From the human T2T-CHM13v2.0 reference genome, Homo sapiens: a DNA stretch of 64,000 bases. The DNA lies in assembly GCF_009914755.1 (NCBI RefSeq), contig NC_060934.1. One strand, 5' to 3'. Positions 50,241-63,259 of the stretch are shown here, in pieces. Both the position numbers and the translations under genes were made by a program. Within the stretch, counting starts at the first letter, position 1; each line of letters starts with the position of its first letter. A model generated the notes under the pieces. It saw nothing but the letters and a program-made list of their open reading frames with translations. It was not told the DNA's origin and ran no database searches.

Positions 50241-51534
50241 TCCACTCACCCTGTTGGCCACTGGGAAAGGCTGTGCCTGCTCTGGGAGGCACACTCTGCT
50301 CTGCGCTTGCTGATTTGCCGATGGGCCTTACTGGAGTTGCCCCATGGAGGTGGCAGAGCCCCCAAGCCCTGGCAAAGGCTGGAGCTGCACCCTCACAATG
50401 GACTTGGATGGGGATGGCTTCACTTTCTCTCTGACTTTTTTGTGGGAAAGATAAGAAAACGGTGCCATGGGGTGCTGTGGTGGGAGGTGAATAGGACACT
50501 GAAGAGTCAGTGGGAGCGTGGGGGCCACCTCCACCTGCGCCTGGGCCCCTGCCCCCCAGTGCTCCGGGCTGCTCCACCGGTGATGCTGTGGAGATGACGG
50601 GCTGTCACTGGGAAGCAGGGAACCCCCATTGGTGGGATGTGTCTGATCTTGGGGCCCGTGTCCCTCCCCATCTACAGCTGGGCCTTTTGCTGAAGCTCAG
50701 GCCCCACAGCCAGGCAGTCTGGGTTTATTCTCTGCCCATTCCAGTTAGGCCTGTCATGGAAACCTTTCCCGCCAGCATCCCTGTGGTTGACAAGACAGTG
50801 CTCCGTCAGCTTGGGCTTGCAGCAGTGATGAACACAGGCCTGAGACCAGCAGTTCTGCCCTGGGGTGGTCCCTGATTTCCACCTGAACCCCATTCTGCTC
50901 CCTAGAGGGCCCCTGACCTGAGCCCCCGCCCAGCCCCCGTGCGTGCAGAATGCGGAGTTACACTCCCGACTAAGCGTGCGAGGGCCTGGAGCTGCCCTGC
51001 GCCTCGCCCACCTTCCAGCAGCTGGCATCCTCAGACGCCGACCTTCTGTTCCCGGGGCCGGTTCTCTCCCACCCACACCTGTCTTAGCCTGGACTTGTGC
51101 AGAGCAGAATAACTGAGTCATTCCCAGGCCACCACTGTCCCTGGGGCAGTCACAACTGCTTGGGGCTGCACAGGCAGAGGCAGGGATTGGCAGGCACTGA
51201 GGTCTGGACCCAGAGAGGGAGGAGGCTGGGCAGGGCCTGGTACCCTCTGAGCCTCTGGGAGGCTTCCTGGGGAAGACAGTGGGAGGAGCAGTCCATGTGG
51301 AGGGGTCCGTGGGTGGGGCCCCTGCCCCAGAGTCATGTGTGGTATGTGACCAGCGCCGTCAGATGCTCAAGAGCAGGAGTGGGAGAGTCCTATGAGAGGC
51401 ACCCCTGGGGACTGTGTGGAGCACATTTCTACCCAAGACCCACGTCCTGAGGGGTCCCTAAGGCAGGTGGGGTTATGAAGGAGAACAGCAGCCAGCAGGT
51501 CCCTGCCTCCTAATAGTGCCTTGTAAGGATAGTG

Positions 51535-52625
51535 TTCAGTGTGCATGTGTGTGCCTGTGCGTGTGTGCATGCCTGAGTGTGCACACCTTGTGTGCATGCA
51601 ATTATGTATGTAATTGTGTGTGTGCACACATGCACATGCATGTGAGTGTATGCACAGTTGCTTGTGGGGTTTGTGTGGGGGTGGGTGTGCGCACATCTGC
51701 GTGTGTGTGTTCGTGTGTGCATGTGTGTGGATGCTTGTGTGTGCATGTGTGGGTGCACGAGTGCATACATATGTGTGTGCACGCGTGTGTGGGTGTGTGT
51801 GGGTGCATGTGTGGTGTGGATGTGTGTGGGTACATGTCTATTTGGGTGTGTGCACACTTGCAGGGGTGTGGGGGTTGCATTGTGTGTGCACACGTGGACA
51901 CATGTGAGTGCACTTGTGTGGCTGCATGTGAGTGCGGGTGTATGTGTGTGCGGGTGTGTGGGTGCATGTGTGTGTGGGTATATGCATGTGTGGGTGCATG
52001 TGAGTGGGTATATGCATGTGTGGGTGCATGTGAGTGGGTATATGCATGTGTGGGTGCATGTGAGTGCAGGTGTATGCATGTGTAGGTGTGTGTGTAGGTG
52101 CATGTGTCTGTGTATTTGGGTGTGTGCATGTGTGCAGGGGTGCACTGATGCATGTGTGCATGTGTGTGGGGCCTCGTGTGGGTGCATATGTGTAGGCTTG
52201 TGTGGGGGTACGTGTCGATGTGTAGGCCTGTGTGGGTGTGCATGTGCCTGTAGGTGTGTGCATGTGTGTGGGTGTGTGCATGCATGGGTGTGGGCGTGTG
52301 GGTGTGTGGGTGCATGTGGATCTGTGTGGATGCATGTGTGCTAAGGTGTATGCATGTGTGCTGGGGTGTATGTATGTATGTGCGTGTGTGTGGGTGTGTG
52401 TGCATATGTGGGGAGAGCATATGCACGTGGGTTGGATATGTGTGCAGGTACATGTGGGTATGTGTGCATGCAGGTTGTGGGTGTGTGGAGTGCATGTGTA
52501 TGTGTGTGTGCGGGTGTGTGTGCATTTGTGGGTATGTGCACATGTATGTGTGTAGGTATGGGTGTGCACACGTGTGTGTAGGTGTACAGGTGTGGGTGCA
52601 TGTGCACATAAGTGTGTACCTGTCA
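51535..52625. repeat. ~1.1-kb (TG)-rich degenerate microsatellite (gtgtgcatgtgtgg)
   Basis: Read directly from the sequence; includes 3 x 30-bp perfect subunits at ~51975-52065. Confidence 0.93.
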
Positions 52626-54619
52626 TAGCTCAGCACTGTGCATCCTGAGGAAGGGGTGGAAGGCTGCATTCTCCAGTAGGTGTGGCTCCAGGGGGAGTTG
52701 GAGCTGATGGGGCCCCTCCTGAATGCTGGCTCCGTCTGCTGCTGTGGTGAGTGTGGCCTGCGTGGCTCCTTGCCTGCCGCCTTCACGATCCTCCCGGGTT
52801 CCCCACAGGGCTCTGCACAAGGAGTCTGGGCTGGGCTCCCATCCCTGTGCTGTTATTAGCGGGTATATGGCCTTGGCTCTCCTCTGCATCTGGCCCTTGC
52901 TGAGGGCCCTGAGGCGTGGCCCCTTATCCCCTCTGACCGCCCCTGACCTCCGTCTCCAGAGTGATGGAGCCCTGGTCCCCTGCCACTAGCCTGGTCCCGG
53001 GGAGGGTGGCAACTGCGAGGCCTGGGTGCTGCTGTGCTCGTGGCCACACACTGAGGCCGGCCCTCAGCCCTGTGCACGGCCACACCCTCTGCAGGGGACC
53101 TGTCCGGCCTCCCGGATATCTCTGGAGCTGGCACTGACACCGAGGCAGGGATCGGTCTGAGCCTGGGGACTGTGCTCTCAACTGCCCACCGTAGGGAAGC
53201 AGCACAGGTGGGGGATGGGGGCCTGGGGCTTTGTCAGCGACAAAGTGACTGATGACCGCCTGTGCCCTGGGCGCCCTCCCTGGACAGCATGTCAGTCGCC
53301 CAGGGAGAAGGGCCTCACCCACAGGAGCGGCGCGGTTCTTCCTGCCTGATCAGCCCTCGGCTTGCAGGCACCAAGCGTCTCGGGGACCTCCCACGGAGCC
53401 CAGGAGCAGGGAGGGCCCTGCCGTGTCTGCTGTTGGGTCTTGGTGACAGCGGTTAGGTTGTCAGCATGGCATGGCATTAAAATGTGTCATTGCCCCTCGC
53501 TGCCATGGCTCCGCGGCCTCAAGAAAGCAGCCTTTGGGCTTTTGGGCCACTTTTCTGCGTCTCTGCATTCCCATGAATGGCTCCTGCGGCGCGCTCAGCC
53601 AGCCGCAGATCCGGACCTCCGCGGCGTGGGGCGGGCCGCGCAACACAAAGGGCGGCTCTGTCGGAGTCTGGAACAATGGGTCGCCCTTTCACCGCGGCTG
53701 CTAACCTCTTGGCAGCCACCAGCAGACCACATTCTGCTGTGCGGATCGGGCAGGACAATGCCGCGCGGCCTCTGAATGGACGCTGCCACCAACGGGGCCC
53801 CATTCACGGCGTTGGGAACCGGGCGCACATTGTCTGCCCCGCAGGGAGACAGCGAGGAGGCTCCTGCAGCCTCTTCCTGGTTTAATCTCCCCGCGCGGCT
53901 TCCCAGGTCCATGTCCCGTATCAGCTGCGGGGCCGGCAGCACCAGGCCCAGGAGGGAGGGCAGGTCCCAGCCCTGGAGGAGGATGCAGGCCAGGTTAAAA
54001 CCCAGAGGCACCGTAGGACCTTCGCACCGTTGCTCTAAACCTAAACGCATTCCAGAGTAGGAAGATGATTGTAAAACAACTGAGAGACAAGCTCTGAGTT
54101 AAAGTCTTCAGAAGCAGCCCCAGGGCGAGTGCTGCGGGGTGCCTGCCACCACCACAGCCAGTCACAGGGCTCCACTGGACTTCTTATCACAGATGCGAAC
54201 CTTTACTTTTTTGTGTGTAATTTTTGAAATTGTTGCTGTTAACCTCTTGTTATGAGAAGTTTAAAAAGAAGACAAATCCCTAATGAGTGAGGAGGACCAG
54301 GCTCTGGGCAGGTGTTGGCGGCATCTGTGCTGGGCTGGGGTCCTGGACCCTGGGTGAGGCCGGGCCGTGCACACCCTTGTGTGGCTCTTGGAGGCGCCGA
54401 GCACTCAGCCCGTGTTGGGGGCAGCCCCGGTCCCTCTCCTGGACACACAGGTCAGCCCTTGGGGGGCATCTGGGGGCTGAGCCAGAGGTGCACGTCAGCC
54501 TTCCTAGGCACCATCCACTGAGGCGTCCCGAAACCTTCCTGAGCTTTCAGCTGGAAAGGAGATTTTCCCATAAGTGACGGGACTCTTTGTCTCCCCTCTG
54601 AAATGTGGCCTGGGCTAGT

Positions 54620-55060
54620 TCAACAGAAACATTTTACATTACAACTGTGAAATCTCGGCATAAAGCACCCCTTTGTCCCCCCATTATTTTCTCACAAATA
54701 CAGTCCATTGTCATGGCGCTGAAGTTAATTTGATCAACATTGGGACATTTAACTTTTATGTCCAGTCAAAAGAGTTGTTTCATGCTCATTTTGGGCATTC
54801 AAAGGAAATGATTGCCAGAAAAATAATGTTCTTCTGAACAATTCCAAGCAATTAGTTTCCCAGGGAGAGGTGACGTGATGCCCGCGCCCCAGCCCCGCTT
54901 TGTGGCTTTATGGAGGGCCATCAGTTAGCTGTCAGCCGCTCAAAGAGCCCCCAACCTAAATGTTTCTCTTTAGACGTTCCCAGAACTTGCCTTGCTGTGC
55001 AGCCAGTAAAGAAAAGCTGCTGCGTCTCCAGGCAAAGGCAAACTCGGCATTAAAGATCTG
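54620..55060. promoter_or_regulatory. Candidate conserved enhancer island
   Basis: ccattgtcatggcgctgaagttaatttgatcaacattggg (SOX-like CATTGT), aacaattccaagcaattag, tttatgg. Inferred from composition only. Confidence 0.45.
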
Positions 55061-56449
55061 GGTCACCCTGAGCGCTCCTGGCCACAGGGCTGGTTCTCGC
55101 GCTCCTCACACTCCCGCTGGCCTCGGAGAACAGCTCACAGGCTCTTGCTGGTCGTGGGCTCGTCCCAATCAGGCTTTCTCAGACTCGGAGACCTCAGGGT
55201 GGCCGAGGTCATGTGTCTGTGGAGCCCACCAGGCACCCTGTGGTGTCCCTCCGCATGCCCGGGACTCCTGGCAGCACAAGCCCGTGCCCTCTGCCGTTCC
55301 GCTGCCGTGAAGCCCGCTGCCTCTGTGTCGCCTTAGCCTCTCCAGGGCGTGGTCGGTCCACTGCTGCCCGGCAGGAGGGGCTCCTTTCGCCTGTGCCTCA
55401 GCTGATCCATGGCTGCGATCTTCATTTTGTTGAACATGGAGTCAAGAGCCAAGAAAGGTGGTGCCGCTATGCAGATGCAGGGGCAGCACCTGCACCCGCC
55501 ACGCACCCTGCACGTTCTCCGCATGTTTCCTTTCCTTAAGAAACAAACCATGTGGGCCCGCAGGTGCCCCGTCCTCCATCCTGAACCCCATCCTGGCCCC
55601 CAGCATCAGCCTGAATTCAGCACCTGTCGCTCCTTTGCAGCTTTCTGGCCTCTTGTGACACAGGCACGGATGTTTCTGTACTTTTATTATGTGCCAGCTG
55701 GAGGCAAGCGTCGACGTGACGTTGCTGTGACGCCTGTGTGTGGTTTATGTCTTTACACATGTCATCGCCTGTGACCAACATGTCCAGCATCCTGTGAACG
55801 GAGTCTGCCGGACGTCTCCACGAGCTCCAGCCACGGTGCTCGGTCATGGGACTCGCTGCCGGCTGTCTGGAGAGCGTTTGGGTGGTTCCCGGCCCTTTGG
55901 TGGCAGACAGGACGATGCCTGTGCTGGGCCATGGGGGCCGTGTGTCTCCACTCCCGCTGGTCCTTTCCACACCCTGAACCCCAGCGTCACCACTGGCATC
56001 TCAGCCAGTTGTGTTTTCTGCTAGCTGGAGAGGAGTGGGGGGTCCTGGAGGTTGAGGCACTTCTGTGCCGCACCAGTTTTTGTGGTTTATGGCGGTGTCC
56101 AAGCAGAGTTTGAGAGGGTGGGTCTCAGAGTGAGAAAAACAAAAGTAAAATGGCGATGCTCCGTGTGGAGAGCATGAGAGCGGCGGCTGCCGAAGGAGAG
56201 CCCTGCACAGCCCTCCTGCCGCCCTGCACGGGGCTCCCCGCACGACTCTGCCCGAGAGCACTTGATGTGGGGATGGACTCATCGAAGGGAGTGTGGGCTT
56301 TAAAAGGTGCCAGACACTGAGAAGGCACATACTGCTGGGGCCCAGGATGCCCCCAGCCCCAAGGCTGAGGTCCAGAGGCCATCTCAGCCCCGCCCACCGC
56401 AACACAACTCTGTGGCGGGGCTTTGCAGCCGACCTTAGTTCTCAGTTTG

Positions 56450-56620
56450 AGATCTGAGTTCTGGTGACAGCTTGCAGACGGCCGCCTTCTCACTGCGTCC
56501 TCACGTGGTGGAGGGAGGGAGGGAGGGAAGGTGAGCTTTTGGTGTCTTCCTCTTTTACAAGGACACCCTTCCTCTTGCATCAGGGCCCCGCCTCCCTCCC
56601 CCACCCCCGTGACCTCAGGT
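56450..56620 (-). mobile_element. MLT1A/B-like LTR fragment
   Basis: gcttgcagacggccgccttctcactgcgtcctcacgtggtggag...ggtgtcttcctcttttacaaggacac...agggcccc. Confidence 0.6.
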
Positions 56621-56845
56621 GCTGGCCCCTAAAGGGTTGGGGCTCCGAGGCTGGGACTCACTGGGTGGGGAAGTCAGGGGGCCTTTGGGTGCGGCACTGG
56701 GGATCAGCGGGTTGGTCAAGGAGCTTCCTCAAGAGCAGTGGTTGCTGTGACTCCACCCAGTGAGCAGCCTGGCTGCCCCAGGCACTTTGGGGGCTCTGCT
56801 AGCCCTGAGGCTGACCCTGCTGCTTCAGAACATCCCGCCATCTGC

Positions 56846-59800
56846 CTGGGTTCTGCCTGGAGGAGCCTTAGACGACTGTCTTCAGGGTTCTGTGGTACCT
56901 GGGTTCTGTCTGAGGGCGCCTTAGACGGCTGTCTTGTGGGTTCTGTGGTACCTGGGTTCTTTCTGGGGGCGCCTTAGACAGCTGTCTTCAGGGTTCTGTG
57001 GTGCCTGGGTTCTGTCTGGGCGCCTTAGACGGCTGTCTTGCGGGTTCTGTGGTGCCTGGGTTCTGTCTGGGCGCCTTAGACAGCTGTCTTCAGGGTTCTG
57101 TGGTACCTGGGTTCTGTCTGGGCACCTTAGACGACTGTCTTCAGGGTTCTGTGGTACCTGGGTTCTGTCTGGGCACCTTAGACGGCTGTCTTGCGGGTTC
57201 TGTGGTACCTGGGTTCTGTCTGGGCGCCTTAGACGGCTGTCTTCAGGGTTCTGTGGTACCTGGGTTCTGTCTGGGCACCTTAGACGGCTGTCTTGCGGGT
57301 TCTGTGGTACCTGGGTTCTTTCTGGGGGCGCCTTAGACAGCTGTCTTCAGGGTTCTGTGGTACCTGAGTTCTGTCTGGGCGCCTTAGACGGCTGTCTTGC
57401 GGGTTCTGTGGTGCGTGGGTTCTGTCTGGGTGCCTTAGACGGCCGTCTTCAGGGTTCTGTGGTACCTGGGATCTGTCTGGGCGCCTTAGACAGCTGTCTT
57501 CAGGGTTCTGTGGTACCTGGGTTCTGTCTGGGCGCCTTAGACGGCTGTCTTCAGGGTTCTGTGGTACCTGGGTTCTGTCTGGGCACCTTAGACGGCTGTC
57601 TTGCGGGTTCTGTGGTACCTGGGTTCTTTCTGGGGGCGCCTTAGACAGCTGTCTTCAGGGTTCTGTGGTACCTGGGTTCTGTCTGAGCACCTTAGACAGC
57701 TGTCTTCAGGGTTCTGTGGTGCCTGGGTTCTGTCTGGGCGCCTTAGACGACTGTCTTGCGGGTTCTGTGGTACCTGGGTTCTGTCTGGGCGCCTTAGATG
57801 GCTGTCTTCAGGGTTCTGTGGTGCCTGGGTTCTCTCTGGGCGCCTTAGATGGCTGTCTTGCGGGTTCTGTGGTACCTGGGTTCTGTCTGGGCACCTTAGA
57901 CGACTGTCTTCAGGGTTCTGTGGTACCTGGGTTCTGTCTAGGCACCTTAGACGACTGTCTTCAGGGTTCTGTGGTGCCTGGTTTCTGTCTGGGCGCCTTA
58001 GATGCTGTCTTCAGGGTTCTGTGGTGCCTGGGTTCTGTCTGAGCGCCTTAGACGGTTGTCTGGCGGGTTCTGTGGTACCTGGGTTCTGTCTGGGCACCTT
58101 AGACGACTGTCTTCAGGGTTCTGTGGTACCTCGGTTCTGTCTGGGCACCTTAGACAGCTGTCTTGCGGGTTCTGTGGTACCTGGGTTCTGTCTGGGCACC
58201 TTAGACGGCTGTCTTCAGGGTTCTGTGGTGCCTGGGTTCTGTCTGGACGCCTTAGACGGCTGTCTTGCGGGTTCTGTGGTACCTGGGTTCTGTCTGGGCG
58301 CCTTAGACGACTGTCTTGCGGGTTCTGTGGTACCTGGGTTCTGTCTGGGCGCCTTAGACGACTGTCTTGCGGGTTCTGTGGTACCTGGGTTCTGTCTGGG
58401 CGCCTTAGACGGCTGTCTCGCGGGTTCTGTGGTACCTGGGTTCTGTCTGGGCACCTTAGACGACTGTCTTCAGGGTTCTGTGGTACCTGGGTTCTGTCTG
58501 GGTGCCTTAGACGGCTGTCTTGCGGGTTCTGTGGTACCTGGGTTCTGTCTGGGCACCTTAGACGACTGTCTTGGGGGTTCTGTGGTACCTGGGTTCTGTC
58601 TGGGCACCTTAGACAGCTGTCTTCAGGGTTCTGTGGCAACTGGGTTCTGTCTGGGCGCCTTAGGCGGCTGTCTTCAGGGTTCTGTGGTACCTGGGTTCTG
58701 TCTGGGCGCCTTAGACGGCTGTCTTGCGGGTTCTGTGGTACCTGGGTTCTGTCTGGGCACCTTAGACGGCTGTCTTCAGGGTTCTGTGGTACCTGGGTTC
58801 TGTCTGGGCACCTTAGACGGCTGTCTTGCGGGTTCTGTGGTACCTGGGTTCTGTCTGGGCGCCTTAGACGGCTGTCTTGCGGGTTCTGTGGTGCCTGGGT
58901 TCTGTCTGGGTGCCTTAGACGGCTGTCTTGCGGGTTCTGTGGTGCCTGGGTTCTTTCTGGAGGCGCCTTAGACAGCTGTCTTGCGGGTTCTGTGGTACCT
59001 GGGTTCTGTCTGGGCACCTTAGACGGCTGTCTTGCAGGTTCTGTGGTACCTGGGTTCTGTCTGGGCGCCTTAGACGGCTGTCTTCAGGGTTCTGTGGTAC
59101 CTGGGTTCTTTCTGGGTGCCTTAGACGGCTGTCTTGTGGGTTCTGTGGTGCCTGGGTTCTGTCTGGGCACCTTAGACGACTGTCTTCAGGGTTCTGTGGT
59201 ACCTCGGTTCTGTCTGGGCGCCTTAGACGGCTGTCTTCAGGGTTCTGTGGTACCTGGGTTCTGTCTGGGCACCTTAGACGGCTGTCTTCAGGGTTCTGTG
59301 GTACCTGGGTTCTTTCTGGGGGCACCTTAGATAGCTGTCTTCAGGGTTCTGTGGTGCCTGGGTTCTGTCTGGGCGCCTTAGACGGCTGTCTTGTGGGTTC
59401 TGTGGTACCTGGGTTCTGTCTGGGCGCCTTAGACGGCTGTCTTGCGGGTTCTGTGGTACCTGGGTTCTGTCCGGGCACCTTAGATGGCTGTCTTCAGGGT
59501 TCTGTGGTACCTGGGTTCTGTCTGGACACCTTAGACGGCTGTCTTGTGGGTTCTGTGGCACCTGGGTTCTGTCTGGGCACCTTAGACGGCTGTCTTGCGG
59601 GTTCTGTGGTGCCTGGGTTCTGTCTGGGTGCCTTAGACGGCTGTCTTGCGGGTTCTGTGGTGCCTGGGTTCTTTCTGGAGGCGCCTTAGACAGCTGTCTT
59701 CAGGGTTCTGTGGTACCTGGGTTCTGTCTGGGCACCTTAGACGGCTGTCTTGCGGGTTCTGTGGTACCTGGGTTCTGTCTGGGCGCCTTAGACGGCTGTC

Positions 59801-61192
59801 TTCAGGGTTCTGTGGTACCTGGGTTCTGTCTGGGTGCCTTAGACAGCTGTCTTGCGGGTTCTTTGGTGCCTGGGTTCTGTCTGGGCACCTTAGACGACTG
59901 TCTTCAGGGTTCTGTGGTACCTCGGTTCTGTCTGGGCACCTTAGACGGCTGTCTTCAGGGTTCTGTGGTACCTGGGTTCTGTCTGGGCACCTTAGACGGC
60001 TGTCTTCAGGGTTCTGTGGTACCTGGGTTCTTTCTGGGGGCACCTTAGACAGCTGTCTTCAGGGTTCTGTGGTGCCTGAGTTCTGTCTGGGCGCCTTAGA
60101 CGGCTGTCTTGCGGGTTCTGTGGTACCTGGGTTCTGTCTGGGCGCCTTAGATGGCTGTCTTGCGGGTTCTGTGGTACCTGGGTTCTGTCTGGGCACCTTA
60201 GACGGCTGTCTTCAGGGATCTGTGGTACCTGGGTTCTGTCTGGGCGCCTTAGACGGCTGTCTTGCGGGTTCTGTGGTGCCTGGGTTCTGTCTGGGCGCCT
60301 TAGACGGCTGTCTTGCGGGTTCTGTGGTGCCTGGGTTCTGTCTGGGCACCTTAGACGACTGTCTTCAGGGTTCTGTGGTACCTGGGTTCTGTCTGGGGGC
60401 CTTAGATGGCTGTCTTCAGGGTTCTGTGGTACCTGGGTTCTGCCTGGAGGAGCCTTAGACGACTGTCTTCAGGGTTCTGTGGTACCTGGGTTCTGTCTGG
60501 GCGCCATAGACGGCTGTCTTCAGGGTTCTGTGATACCTGGGTTCTTTCTGGGGGCGCCTTAGACTGCTGTCTTCAGGGTTCTGTGGTGCCTGGGTTCTGT
60601 CTGGGCACCTTAGATAGCTGTCTTGCGGGTTCTGTGGTGCCTGGGTTCTGTCTGGGCGCCTTAGACGGCTGTCTTGCGGGTTCTGTGGTACCTGGATTCT
60701 TTCTGGGGGCGCCTTAGACAGCTGTCTTCAGGGTTCTGTGGTGCCTGGGTTCTGTCTGGGTGCCTTAGACGGCTGGCTTCAGGGTTCTGTGGTACCTGGG
60801 TTCTGTCTGGGCGCCTTAGACGGCTGTCTTCAGGGTTCTGTGGTGCCTGGGTTCTGTCTGGGGGCCTTAGACGGCTATCTTGCGGTTTCTGTGGTGCCTG
60901 GGTTCTGTCTGGGCACCTTAGACGGCTGTCTTCAGGGTTCTGTGGTACCTGGGTTCTGTCTGGGCACCTTAGACAGCTGTCTTCAGGGTTCTGTGGTGCC
61001 TGGGTTCTGTCTGGGCACCTTAGACAGCTGTCTTGCGGGTTCTGTGGTGCCTGGGTTCTGTCTGGGCGCCTTAGACTGCTGTCTTCAGGGTTCTGTGGTG
61101 CCTGGGTTCTGTCTGGGCACCTGAGACGGCTGTCTTGCGGGTTCTGTGGTGCCTAGGTTCTGTCTGGGGGCGCCTTAGATGGCTGTCTTGCC
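56846..61192. repeat. Large VNTR, 51-bp unit (gggttctgtggtacctgggttctgtctgggcgccttagacggctgtcttca) with interspersed 53-bp variants, ~85 copies
   Basis: Continuous ~4.35-kb array; source of the 17-aa-repeat ORFs in the track. Confidence 0.98.
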
Positions 61193-62778
61193 TGCGTCTG
61201 TGGTGCTGGGAGATTCACCCTGAGGGCTTGAGGCTTTATGGGGGTAGAGCTCACAGTGGGTGGAGTAAAAAGTGAAGTCATGAAAAATAGTCCAGCAGTT
61301 TCTAGGAAGGTAAAAATAAACAGGCTGGTATGTTTATTTTGGGGGGATGAGTTTATTTAAAGTGGCTTAAACACATCTGCGATGAACCATGCAGTGAGGT
61401 GTTTATGATTATTAAGAGAAACTTTTAAGCGATTAACTAAAATATTCTCAGTAGTTTTAGTAATTTTATACTGTCGATGTTTTTGCTTATGTAAAGTTGT
61501 TTGATCAGAGAATGTGGTCTCTACCATAGCAGAGAAACAAACCAACTTTAATAGATTCCCAATTGTACACAACTTAGGCCTTTAAAAATACAGTGCCAAA
61601 GGTTTCAGCTACGGTCGCTTTCAGGGGTTAAAAAATAAAAAAGGAAAGAAGGAAAAAAACCAACTCCTAGCAAGTTAGGTGTCCTGGTTGGATGAATGTC
61701 TCACGGCCAGTTTGCTTCCCACACTGCACTAGCTCCTCCTTGGGGGAAAAAAAACTAGCCCCATTCGAGTCTGATATTTTTTAGGGCCCCAGTGAGACTG
61801 CCGATGACGCTCTCCCGCCACCTGCCCTGTCACCGTGGTGCCTCCCACGGTGTCCCAGGCCCCAGCAGCCTCGCGCCCGGTTCCCACTGCTGTGTTAGGG
61901 AAGCGCCCGCTGTTGGAAATGTAATTCGGAACGTTCAACCCGTGACTCTCCCTAAGTCTTTAATCTGCGGTGTCGTGAGGTCGCAGTTGTCCTGGAGACA
62001 CGCTGACGAGCCCCCCAGCCGTCGCGGTGGAGCAGCTGCTGGGACGATGAGGCAGCCCCTCCTCCCAGTGCCTCCGCCGCGTAATGAGACCACTTGTCAA
62101 AACAGAGAGAGACACCCATTTTCAAGGCCTAAAAAATTGATTTTTATGGCTCTTCTTGTAATTCTCTTTTTGAATTAGGCACATGATATTGATGTGGGCC
62201 TACGTTTTAATCATAATAGCTACTGACAAGGTAATTAATTTTAGAACAACTGTTTTTTTTTCTCCTGCTCCAAATGGCACTATATTGAAATTGAAAGTGA
62301 GCTCTGGGAGGGCAGCGGGGCTGGCACTCAGGTGATTGCCTCGGCCGTGACAGCCCCTTCGTCTTGCGGCCGCCGTGCACCCTTTAGAGGCAGCTGCTGT
62401 TATTAATGGGCTCAAGCTGTTCTGTCAGCAGAGCAGGGCGAGGAAGTGTGATCCAGTTTAGGGTTTCATGATGATCCTGCAGGATTCCAGACAGGACGAT
62501 GACGCGGCGTCTCCAGGGCGTTGCAGGCCCACCTGGTGCGTCGCCTGGCGGCTTTCTCGGGAAGAAGGAGCAGCCAGGCCTGGGCAGGGCCTCCTGTGAG
62601 GCGGCACCCCAGAGTATTGAGAGAGGAAACTCGGTCAGTGGAGTGAGGGCCAGCCGGGAGGCCGCATTTCCTCTCTCTCCGCACTGGGGAACTCATTAGA
62701 GTTTGTTCCGTCAGGGTTCTGCTGTTTGTTTAGCCAACTGACGGCCGCGTCTGTTCCTGCGACACCGCACACAGATGC

Positions 62779-63018
62779 TTGGCCATGTGGGGATTGGCCG
62801 TGTGGGGATTGGCCATGTGGGGATTGGCCGTGTGGGGATTGGCCGTGTGGGGATTGGCCATGTGGGGATTGGCCATGTGGGGATTGGCCGTGTGGGGATT
62901 GGCCGTGTGGGGATTGGCCATGTGGGGATTGGCCGTGTGGGGATTGGTTTTGTGGGGATTGGCCATGTGGGGATTGGCTGTGTGGGGATTGGCCGTGTGG
63001 GGATTGGCCATGTGGGGA
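62779..63018. repeat. 15-bp minisatellite (tggccrtgtggggat), 16 copies
   Basis: Read directly from the sequence. Confidence 0.96.
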
Positions 63019-63259
63019 TGGCTTTGGTATCTTGTGGTCTCGCCTACACCTGGGCTTGGCTGGCTGCATCCTGCCCGCTGGCCGGCGGGCGTTGCCGCCC
63101 TCCCTCGGGATCCTCTGTGCCCCGGGCTGCCGCTCTCCTGGGGTCTCGGAGCACAGGGCCCTCTGTCTTCCTCCATGCACCCTCCGAGCTTTCTGTGCTC
63201 ACGGGACACAGCAAGCGCTTCCCTTTCTCCTGGGCAGAGCTTGGGGCTCGTTTAAGCAA

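Noticed and set aside
51510-52786. His/Thr- and Val/Cys-rich ORFs (also 27799-28524, 42537-43516, 49493-50577)
   Set aside because: Translations of TG/CA low-complexity DNA.
56934-61156. Long ORFs (up to 456 aa) of 17-aa repeats
   Set aside because: By-product of a 51-bp (3n) VNTR. Open in several frames and on both strands, broken at each 53-bp variant, with no promoter or splice context.
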